Shown in pieces: positions 39,336 to 46,923 of a stretch of DNA of 46,923 nucleotides. Under the pieces are notes generated by a model. It saw only the letters and a list, made by a program, of their open reading frames with translations, made no database searches and was not told the DNA's origin. Numbering within the stretch: the first letter of the stretch is position 1; each line of letters opens with the position of its first letter. The translations under genes were made by a program, and so were the position numbers. Origin of the DNA: Bacillota bacterium (GTDB lineage Bacteria > Bacillota > Bacilli > Lactobacillales > Streptococcaceae); assembly GCA_021781855.1 (NCBI GenBank), contig JAJXWC010000001.1, positions 1 to 46,923 on the forward strand, written 5' to 3'.

Positions 39336-39974
39336 TTAAATTTCCTTTTTAATGATTTTCGTGCCGTGAACAAAGTTTGTTCCAGTTTCTTCGGCTAATT
39401 TTGCGGCATTTTCAAAAGTTACGCCACCACCAATGAGAATGCTAATTTTACCAGATGCATAGTCAACAAGCTCAGCGATTTCAGCGGTTGCAAGTGGCTG
39501 GTCAAGTGTTCCGCCGTGCATAAGAATTTTATCCACTCCCAGCTCAATTAGTTGGTCAATCGCCGTTTTCTTATCAGAAATTTCGTCAAAAGCCATGTGA
39601 AAGGTAACAGGCAGACCCTGTGCGGCAATCATTAATGTTTCCATGATATCAAGGTCAATTTCGTTTTCAGTAGTCAGGGCACCAAAAACCAAATTTTGTG
39701 CACCAGCTTCAACGGCTTTCAGACAATCATTTTCCATGATTTTTAATTCATAAGAATTATAAACAAAATTGTCGCCACGTGGACGAATCATAACGGCGAG
39801 AGTTGTTTTACTATTGCTTTCGGCGAGAAACTCAGCGGCCTGTTGGATAACACCATAAGAAGCCGTAGTGCCACCTACTGCAAGGTTGTCACAAAGTTCA
39901 ATGCGCTCGACACCAGCACGCACAGCTAGAGGAATTTCGGTGAAATTTTCTACACAAAGCTCACGAATTAACAT
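39336..39974 (-). CDS. cutC: Copper homeostasis protein CutC family
   Basis: ELCVEN, RIELCDNLAVGGTT, MIRPRG, TFHMAFD. Confidence 0.92.
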   Translation of the reverse strand: MLIRELCVENFTEIPLAVRAGVERIELCDNLAVGGTTASYGVIQQAAEFLAESNSKTTLAVMIRPRGDNFVYNSYELKIMENDCLKAVEAGAQNLVFGALTTENEIDLDIMETLMIAAQGLPVTFHMAFDEISDKKTAIDQLIELGVDKILMHGGTLDQPLATAEIAELVDYASGKISILIGGGVTFENAAKLAEETGTNFVHGTKIIKKEI

Positions 39975-40062
39975 TTTTTCACTTCTTTCTTTTCTTTTTT
40001 CTTTTTTTATTATACCATAGTTGTATATGTTAAAGAAAATCGAAAAGTCTTATTATTTTCTC

Positions 40063-40869
40063 ATGAAAAATTTAGAAATATTACGTTGCCCGATTTGTCA
40101 TGAGAAATTTTTACTTGAACCTTATGCACTAATTTGTAAAAAAAACCACACGTTTAATCTCAATAAGAAGGGGTACGTAAATTTTTTACAAACAAAAGCG
40201 GATACTGAGCACTATACGAAAAAAATGTTTGAACCGCGCCGCCGTCTGATTGAGGCAGGAATGTACCTACCGCTTCTCAATGAGCTTCGTAGCCGCATGG
40301 TCAGTGGAAATTTGCTTGACGTAGGCACAGGCGAAGGGACCTTTCTGCAGAAAATTGCTTCTGACAGTTCTGTCAAATCTGTTTTTGGTTTTGATATTGC
40401 TAAAGATGGCATCGAAATGGCGATAAACTTAGAAATGACGGCTTTTATGAGCTTATCGGATTTGACCAATCTTCCATTTGATAATCAAATGTTTTCAACG
40501 ATTTTAAATATTTTTACGCCTTCGAACTATAGCGAATTCCACCGTGTTTTAACAGAAAATGGAGTTGTCTTGAAAGTCGTCCCCGACCAATTTTATCTTC
40601 AGGAATTGCGTGAAATTTATGGGCTTCCGGTTGATTACGATAATCAAGCCGTTATTACTCGATTCAAGCAGGAGTTTCCAGATAATCAGCAAAAAGAAAT
40701 TCGCTATGTTTTTGAAATTCCTGAAAATCTTCGTACTGATTTTCTTGAAATGAGTCCGCTAGAATGGTCAGTTTCACCCGAAATTAAACACAGTGCTAAG
40801 CAAAATCCGCCGAAAAAGGCGACCATTCATCTGCAACTTTTGATTGGAAAACAACAAAAAAGAATTTGA
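40063..40869 (+). CDS. RlmA-like SAM-dependent rRNA methyltransferase
   Basis: CPIC..C...H zinc site, KGYVNFL, LDVGTGEG. Confidence 0.8.
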   Translation: MKNLEILRCPICHEKFLLEPYALICKKNHTFNLNKKGYVNFLQTKADTEHYTKKMFEPRRRLIEAGMYLPLLNELRSRMVSGNLLDVGTGEGTFLQKIASDSSVKSVFGFDIAKDGIEMAINLEMTAFMSLSDLTNLPFDNQMFSTILNIFTPSNYSEFHRVLTENGVVLKVVPDQFYLQELREIYGLPVDYDNQAVITRFKQEFPDNQQKEIRYVFEIPENLRTDFLEMSPLEWSVSPEIKHSAKQNPPKKATIHLQLLIGKQQKRI

Positions 40870-40952
40870 CAACTGCGTCAAATTCCTTTTTTTATCTTCG
40901 TAAAACAACTTCAAGGGACATTATACTGTAAGTCGTTCATTAGTGTTCTGGC

Positions 40953-41234
40953 TCACTTCAACAATAATTTAATCGCTTTAGCAATACATTTTTTGCAGCC
41001 GAGATAAAGTGCAAGGGCAACAATGAGCGCCAAAGGCACAGCAGCTACAGCCGACATCGCAGAAACAAAAATATAAGTAATAACTGCTAAAAGAATCGAG
41101 AAAACAGCGATATTGACAAAGAAAGTCAATTCAGAAAGGCGTTTTTCAAAGTTTGTTGCTGTTTTTTTCTGTGTTTGTTCGTAATCGTAGTAAGTTTGTT
41201 TTTCGTAGAAGTCTTTGAGATTTCGTAATTCCAT
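40953..41234 (-). CDS. Small membrane protein (DUF3270-like)
   Basis: L.ELTFFVNIAVF followed by two TM segments. Confidence 0.6.
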   Translation of the reverse strand: MELRNLKDFYEKQTYYDYEQTQKKTATNFEKRLSELTFFVNIAVFSILLAVITYIFVSAMSAVAAVPLALIVALALYLGCKKCIAKAIKLLLK

Positions 41235-41556
41235 TGTTTTTTCTTAACTTTCCTAAATTTATCTTGGTACTCGAAGAGGCATTTACCTCTTCCACTTACC
41301 CATTATAGTATAAATGTAAGCCGCTATCATAACAATATAGAGGAGAAGATTACAGAAACTTTGCATAAAGACAAAAATATGGTAAATTTCGGCAGTAGAC
41401 CGGTGAAAAAAATTTGTGTCAAAATAATAAAGCTGTGGATAAGTTGTGAAAATTTTACAAGAATAGCAAGAAAAATAGTTTGATGCCCTTTTTTTAGAGG
41501 TTTAAAAGAAAACGCTTTTTTGGCGCTATAATAAGTCCATACCGTTTGACTTTTAA

Positions 41557-41815
41557 TTTATCTCAGCAGCGTGCTTGCCAGGTTAAAATTTGCAGTAGTG
41601 AATTTTCCCTTGCGAAAGTACGATGAGAGAAAAAACGAGTATCAAATAGGCTCTGTGAGTGCTAAAGGGTAATTTATCTTATCAGTACATACTATCTATG
41701 CACTTCGTGCTACTAAAGATATCTATCCGTAAGCTCAACAGTACATCGTGCTGTTGAGCAGTCAATGCTCGCTAAGGGGGATAGGATAAGTAGCACTTTA
41801 GTCTCTGCTTCATTA
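41557..41815 (-). repeat. Repeat-derived region upstream of PTS IIC
   Basis: ttatctcagcagcgtgc, cttatcagtacatactatctatgcacttcgtgctac, palindrome gctcaacagtacatcgtgctgttgagc, gtctctgcttcat. Confidence 0.7.
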
Positions 41816-41857
41816 CCTCAAGCACTTGTTGAGCTACAGAAAGAAGGTTTGTTTCAA

Positions 41858-43099
41858 ATGAACAAATTTATGAACTGGATTCAAGACAGTTTGATGCCAC
41901 CACTCGCTAAGGTCGGAAACAATAAGTATCTGACGGCTGTTCGGGATGGCTTAGTCCTTGCTCTGCCAGCAATTATCAGTGGTTCAGTATTCTTGATTAT
42001 TGCCAATATCCCTATTCCTGCTTGGCAGAAATTTATGACTCCTTATATGAACGATATGGGCGCAGCAGTCAATGCTTCATTCGGTATCATTTCACTTTTA
42101 GCTTCTATCGGGATTGGTTATTCATTATCTAAAGCTTTAGAAGTTAATCCGCTCAATGGTGCTGGTTTATCTGTTATGGCGTTCATCATTAGTTCATTTA
42201 ATAACAAATTAGTTTTAGATACGAATAATTTCACCTCAACGGGTTTATTTACAGCTATTTTTTGCGCTTTTATCTCCGTTTTGATTTATAAACTTTTCGT
42301 TAAGAAGAATTGGGTCATTCGTTTGCCGCAAGGTGTGCCACCGACAGTTAGTGCTTCGTTTGTTTCACTTGCACCTGCTTTTGTGACTTTGCTCCTTTTC
42401 TGGATTGTGAAAGTTCCGCTCGGATTTGATATTAACCATTTTATTCAGACTATCTTCTCGCCTTTGCTGTTTGCGCTAAATAGTTTACCGGGTTTCATGG
42501 TGTATATGTTGATTGTGAGTCTCTTATGGCTTGCAGGAGTTCATGGAGATATGGCAACAGAGGGAATTACAGACCCCATTTTTCTACAGTTTCTTGCGGC
42601 AAATGCTACGGCATATGCACACCATCAGCCGATTCCTTATATTACAGCCGCAGGATTCACTTCTTTATTTGTCGAGGTCGGTGGTACGGGTGCTACCTTA
42701 ATGCTCGTCTTCTGGATGCTTTTTTCAAAAAGTAAAACTTATAAGAGTTTGGGACGCATTGCTTTTCCGAGCGCACTTTTTGAAATTAATGAACCAATTA
42801 TGTTTGGGTTCCCCATTGTCATGAATCCTTTAACAATGATTCCTTATATTTTAGTACCGCAAATTTTGGCGATTACAACTTATGCTTTGATGGCTGCTCA
42901 TCTGATTCGCCCAGCAGTTTTGATGGTTCCGTGGACAATGCCGCCTATTATTGGACCAATGATGGCGACAGGCTGGGATTGGCGTGCAGGTGTTTGGTCA
43001 GTCGTTGAGTTGGCCATCGCTGGAGCGATGTATTATCCGTTTTTCAAAGTTGCAGAAAAACAGATGCTTCATAAAGAAGCAGCAGGGATTGAGGATTGA
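41858..43099 (+). CDS. PTS lactose/cellobiose-family EIIC component
   Basis: YLTAVRDG, GVPPTVSASF, LWLAGVHG, GGTGATL, FEINEPIMFG, YYPFFK. Confidence 0.92.
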   Translation: MNKFMNWIQDSLMPPLAKVGNNKYLTAVRDGLVLALPAIISGSVFLIIANIPIPAWQKFMTPYMNDMGAAVNASFGIISLLASIGIGYSLSKALEVNPLNGAGLSVMAFIISSFNNKLVLDTNNFTSTGLFTAIFCAFISVLIYKLFVKKNWVIRLPQGVPPTVSASFVSLAPAFVTLLLFWIVKVPLGFDINHFIQTIFSPLLFALNSLPGFMVYMLIVSLLWLAGVHGDMATEGITDPIFLQFLAANATAYAHHQPIPYITAAGFTSLFVEVGGTGATLMLVFWMLFSKSKTYKSLGRIAFPSALFEINEPIMFGFPIVMNPLTMIPYILVPQILAITTYALMAAHLIRPAVLMVPWTMPPIIGPMMATGWDWRAGVWSVVELAIAGAMYYPFFKVAEKQMLHKEAAGIED

Positions 43100-43101
43100 A
43101 A

Positions 43102-43308
43102 ATGAAATTTATTATAAAATACAGCTTTATCGGGGTTATTATGCTTTTGCTTCTTGTAGGAATTGTCACTCGCCTTCCTCTCGCAGCGTCATCGGTCAAT
43201 GGACTGCTTACAGTTGGTGGATTGGTGTTATTCACAATTTTAGGTGCACTTTTGAAAACAAAAGTAAAAATAAGTCCTGCTGAACAAGTAACAAAAACAA
43301 GGAACTGA
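43102..43308 (+). CDS. Small 2-TM membrane protein
   Basis: RBS gagg; coupled between the IIC and GNAT genes. Confidence 0.6.
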   Translation: MKFIIKYSFIGVIMLLLLVGIVTRLPLAASSVNGLLTVGGLVLFTILGALLKTKVKISPAEQVTKTRN

Positions 43309-43312
43309 TAAA

Positions 43313-44503
43313 GTGGAAGAATTAACACGATTAACAGATGACAAAGAAGATTTACGAGATTTTTATGCACTTTATCTCTATTGTTTCAAAGGGTGTGATT
43401 CAAAAGTAAGACAGAATTATTTTGATTATCGCTACAGTCATTCTTTGAAATACGGCGTGAAGCAAAATGAAAAGCTTAAAAGCGGTCTGTTGAGTATCCC
43501 GCTAGAAGTTAATTTTCATGATGTAAACTATAAAATGAATGGAATTTGTGATGTGGCAACTTATCCAGAACACAGCGGTCATGGTGAAATTTCAAGACTC
43601 ATGAAGTTTGCGTTGAAAGAAATGTACGACGATAAGGTAGCGTTGTCTTATTTAGCACCATTTTCTTACAAGTTTTATCGAAAATTTGGCTATGAAGCAG
43701 CTTTTGACCATTGTCATTACCTCGTAGAAAACCGGGATTTGCCTAAAATAAAAGTTGAAGATGAAACAGGTACGATTGAAAGATTTGAGTTTGGAAAAGC
43801 AATTACAATATTGAAGCCGCTTTATGATGAATCTGTCAAAAATCGGCTTGGGGGTCTGATTCGTTCGGTTTGGTGGTGGAATTATTTGACGATAAAACAT
43901 CAGGATTGGAAAGTTGCGATTTACTTTGATGGAGCAATTAAAGCCAGAGGTTATTTGATTTATTCAGATGATGAAAAAACGTTTAGAATTCAAGATTTTT
44001 GCTCAACAGATTGGACGAGCTTTCAGCATTTGACAAGATTTATTACGCAGCATCAATCAATGTACCAATTTTTTGAATATGAAAGCAGTTGTCCAATAGC
44101 TTATTTGGATATTCTACCTGAAGTCAGCACGGTTCAGGCTGTCATTCGACCTTATATGATGGCTCGCATTGTCAATTTGTCAGCTTTTGTCATGCAGTAC
44201 CCCTTCCTAAAAGATGTTGAAAGTGTCGAATTGTCTGTCAATGATAACATTCTCCCAGAAAACAACGGTATTTGGATATTATCGGTAAAAAACGGCGAAG
44301 TTGATTTCAAAAAAATAAGGAATGAAACAGGAGGGGATATTGAACTTGAATTTTCTATTCAAAGTTTGACACAGGCATTTTTAGGGTATTGTTCGCTAGA
44401 TTATCTGGTTAGGACGGGAAAACTTCGTGGCAAGAAAGCTGCTGTAAATAAACTCAGCAAAAGTTTAATGGATAAAAAACCTCAGATTCAAGATTATTTC
44501 TGA
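43313..44503 (+). CDS. Eis-like GNAT acetyltransferase (two GNAT domains plus SCP2-like domain)
   Basis: VATYPEHSGHG, SYLAPFSYKFYRKFGYE, PYMMARIV, D.ILPENNG, C-terminal DYF. Confidence 0.85.
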   Translation: MEELTRLTDDKEDLRDFYALYLYCFKGCDSKVRQNYFDYRYSHSLKYGVKQNEKLKSGLLSIPLEVNFHDVNYKMNGICDVATYPEHSGHGEISRLMKFALKEMYDDKVALSYLAPFSYKFYRKFGYEAAFDHCHYLVENRDLPKIKVEDETGTIERFEFGKAITILKPLYDESVKNRLGGLIRSVWWWNYLTIKHQDWKVAIYFDGAIKARGYLIYSDDEKTFRIQDFCSTDWTSFQHLTRFITQHQSMYQFFEYESSCPIAYLDILPEVSTVQAVIRPYMMARIVNLSAFVMQYPFLKDVESVELSVNDNILPENNGIWILSVKNGEVDFKKIRNETGGDIELEFSIQSLTQAFLGYCSLDYLVRTGKLRGKKAAVNKLSKSLMDKKPQIQDYF

Positions 44504-44523
44504 CTTGGCGAATGCAGTTTCTC

Positions 44524-44552
44524 TTGACGATAACGTTCACATCTTGTATAAT
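44524..44552 (+). promoter_or_regulatory. Promoter TTGACG-17-TATAAT with an overlapping cre-like site
   Basis: CGATAACGTTCACA at 44528-44541 has one mismatch to TGWNANCGNTNWCA. Confidence 0.6.
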
Positions 44553-44569
44553 ACGCTCAGGTGGTAATA

Positions 44570-45316
44570 ATGGACTTTAAAATGAGAAGCATCATTTACG
44601 AATATAAACTATCAGATTTGGAAGATGAAATCACTGTTTATATTTTGGAACATCCTAGCGAAGTGGCGCAGATGAAAATTAATAGTTTGGCCGCAAAATT
44701 TTACACGGTGTCTAATACAATCTCGAGGCTTTGCCACAAATTAGGTTACTCAGGCTTTTTAGAACTAAAACGGGCTTTATCTGATGAAGCTTTTGATGGA
44801 CAAGCAAAAAAGCTCAGTAATCAGGAGATTTTATTGCGGAATTTTGAATTGATTGACGAAGAAAAAATGCAAGAAGCGATTGATTTGTTTCAAAATGCCA
44901 AACAGGTCAATATTTTCAGCTTGTCAACCACAGGATATGCAGCCCACATTATCATGGACCATTTAAACTGTCTGGATTACAAATTCGTCTTTTTTGAGGA
45001 TATCAATGATGTCAACGAAAAAATTGAAATGATGAAAGTGAAAAAAGACGAAGTTTCCTTTTTTATCTCTTTGTCTGGTGAAAGTGAGCTTTTGCTTTCG
45101 ATTGCTAGACATCTGAAAGAAAAGCAGCAAGCGATTGTGACTTTGACGCATTTATCAAATAATGCTTTAGCCAAACTGGGCACAGTCAATTTATTCTGCT
45201 ACTCTCCAGAACGCCTAATTGGTAAAATGCGGGTACCAGATAAAACGCCGTTGTTGATTGTAATGGACCAACTGTTTAGCCTTTATCTCAGCAGTAGCTA
45301 CCATTCAGGTATTTAG
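44570..45316 (+). CDS. MurR/RpiR-family transcriptional regulator
   Basis: HTH ISRLCHKLGYSGFLELK and SIS domain ISLSGES. Confidence 0.9.
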   Translation: MDFKMRSIIYEYKLSDLEDEITVYILEHPSEVAQMKINSLAAKFYTVSNTISRLCHKLGYSGFLELKRALSDEAFDGQAKKLSNQEILLRNFELIDEEKMQEAIDLFQNAKQVNIFSLSTTGYAAHIIMDHLNCLDYKFVFFEDINDVNEKIEMMKVKKDEVSFFISLSGESELLLSIARHLKEKQQAIVTLTHLSNNALAKLGTVNLFCYSPERLIGKMRVPDKTPLLIVMDQLFSLYLSSSYHSGI

Positions 45317-45402
45317 CATTGTGCAAAACAGTCTTGTTCTCTTTGCACACTCGTATGTTTACTGTAGCAAAATTCGAAGCTTAGCATAACAGGCACAAGA
45401 TA

Positions 45403-45533
45403 ATGAAGCAGAAACTTACTTGGTGGGAGTTTCAACTCCCACCAAGTTTAGTTGAGCGAAATTCGAAGCTTAGTGCTGCTAATCCCGCCGCCTAAGAGGT
45501 GGGGGGATTAGCACGCACTGCTGAGATAAAAAA
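45403..45533 (+). repeat. Compact, well-preserved repeat element, type 1 ends
   Basis: atgaagcagaaacttacttggtgggagtttcaactcccaccaagt to gattagcacgcactgctgagataaaa. Confidence 0.85.
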
Positions 45534-45571
45534 TCATGACCAAAAGTCATGATTTTTGGTACAATAGAAAA

Positions 45572-46495
45572 ATGATAGAAATAACAACCACAGCAGAAAG
45601 CGTTGAACAAGCTCGACAGTTGCTTGCAGCAGGCGCGGATGCTTTGTATATCGGAGATGAAACTTTTGCACTCCGCGTTCCGACAGCACTTTCGCAGGCA
45701 GAAATCCGCGAAATTACAACTCTTGCACATCAGGCAGGAAAAAAAATCACCGTTGCAGTCAATGGCCTTATGCACGTTGAAATGATGGCAAAAATTAAAC
45801 CCTATCTTGACTTTCTTCAAGAAATCAAAGTTGATAAAATTGCAGTCGGTGATGCAGGAGTGATTTTTGTACTAAAGCAGCATGGTTACCAGCTTCCTTT
45901 TACTTACGATGCCTCCACAATGGTTGCGAGTGCACGTCAGGTCAATTTTTGGGCGGAACAAGGCGCAGTTGAAGCTGTTTTGGCGCGAGAACTTCCAAAA
46001 CAAGAACTTGAGGAAATGGCACAGGAGCTCAAAGTTCCTGGTGAAATTTTAGTCTATGGTGCTACAGTTATTCACCATAGCAAACGACCATTGATTCAGA
46101 ATTATTATAATTTCATCAAAACGGATGAAAAAGGAAAAGACCTTGCACGTAATCTTTTTGTTTCTGAGCCTAAAAAAGAGGATACTCACTATTCGATTTT
46201 TGAGGATAGTCATGGCACACATATTTTTGCCAACGATGACCTTGATATGATGACAGAGCTTGGTGATTTGGCGAATATGGGCTACGCACACTGGAAACTT
46301 GATGGAATTTTCACTCGTGGCACTGCTTTTGTCGAAATTGTGAAATTGTTTGTGGAAGCAAGAAAATTGATTGAAATGAATGAATTTACATTTGAATCCG
46401 CAACAGTTTTGGATGAAAAAGTTCGGGCTATGCACCCAGTTGGGCGGACAGTTTCGCACGGATTTTATAACTTAGACCCTGCAAAAATAAAATGA
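45572..46495 (+). CDS. Peptidase U32 family protein (TrhP/YrrN-like tRNA hydroxylation subunit)
   Basis: GADALYIG, AVLAREL, HSKRPL, EDSHGTHIF, WKLDG. Confidence 0.85.
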   Translation: MIEITTTAESVEQARQLLAAGADALYIGDETFALRVPTALSQAEIREITTLAHQAGKKITVAVNGLMHVEMMAKIKPYLDFLQEIKVDKIAVGDAGVIFVLKQHGYQLPFTYDASTMVASARQVNFWAEQGAVEAVLARELPKQELEEMAQELKVPGEILVYGATVIHHSKRPLIQNYYNFIKTDEKGKDLARNLFVSEPKKEDTHYSIFEDSHGTHIFANDDLDMMTELGDLANMGYAHWKLDGIFTRGTAFVEIVKLFVEARKLIEMNEFTFESATVLDEKVRAMHPVGRTVSHGFYNLDPAKIK

Positions 46496-46923
46496 TGAGA
46501 GCGCTCTACTTTGAAAAATTTGGCACAAGTGATGTTCTGGAATACGGAGATTTGCCAATCCCTAAGCTAAAAGCAGATGAAGTCTTAGTGAAAATAATTT
46601 ATATTGGCTTGAATTTTGCTGATATCTATCGTCGTCGGGGAGATTATCACATTGAGCATCATCAGCCTTATATCAATGGTTATGAGGGGGCGGGTCTGAT
46701 TGCGGAAGGAAATGAAAAAGGCCGTAAAGTCCTCTTTGTTGATGTGCCGCTCGCAAATGCTGAGTATGTGGCTGTGCCCAAAGATAAACTGATTTATCTA
46801 CCTGATTATATTGATTTGTTGGGCATTGAAATTGTACCAAGCTATCGAGTAAATCCAATTCTTGACTTGTCCAATCAGCAGTATTCGTCGGAACATCAGT
46901 GCAAGTATCCCACATCAACGGCA
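46492..46923 (+). CDS. qor: Quinone oxidoreductase/MDR family protein, N-terminal part, running off the window
   Basis: MMRALYFEKFGTSDVLEY, GLNFADIYRRRG, GYEGAG, AEYVAVP; recognisable similarity stops near 46818. Confidence 0.75.
   Translation, partial: MMRALYFEKFGTSDVLEYGDLPIPKLKADEVLVKIIYIGLNFADIYRRRGDYHIEHHQPYINGYEGAGLIAEGNEKGRKVLFVDVPLANAEYVAVPKDKLIYLPDYIDLLGIEIVPSYRVNPILDLSNQQYSSEHQCKYPTSTA

Overview
Chromosomal segment of a low-GC Firmicute, most likely a non-lactis Lactococcus, judged from protein similarity to L. lactis proteins as I recall them and from gene order. The backbone is housekeeping: oppD'-oppF, prfC, cshA, era, mutM, recA, serP2/serP1, ylbF-ylbG, a yjbH/yjbK/relQ/ppnK/rluA cluster, ppiA, hisP(lysQ), a membrane GDPD, rplK-rplA, bcaP, hit, ecsAB, cutC, an RlmA-like methyltransferase, an orphan PTS IIC operon, a U32 peptidase and qor'. 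Notable extras: (1) about 20 copies or fragments of a modular, hairpin-rich intergenic repeat family with conserved asymmetric ends, present in most large intergenic spaces; (2) a putatively Rex-controlled cytoplasmic flavinylation operon (FMN reductase with a repeated tail carrying up to four ApbE target motifs, a signal-less ApbE and a stand-alone PAS protein); (3) a 1.2-kb islet bounded by a perfect 58-bp direct repeat of the 3' end of an unannotated 48-aa gene; (4) two tandem 119-bp units with covarying rod-like hairpins upstream of prfC; (5) a His-rich leader-peptide attenuator; (6) a 1439-aa sortase-anchored beta-helix/Cna-B adhesin. I saw no rRNA, tRNA, CRISPR array, integrase or transposase. 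All assignments come from motif recognition by eye; no searches were run.
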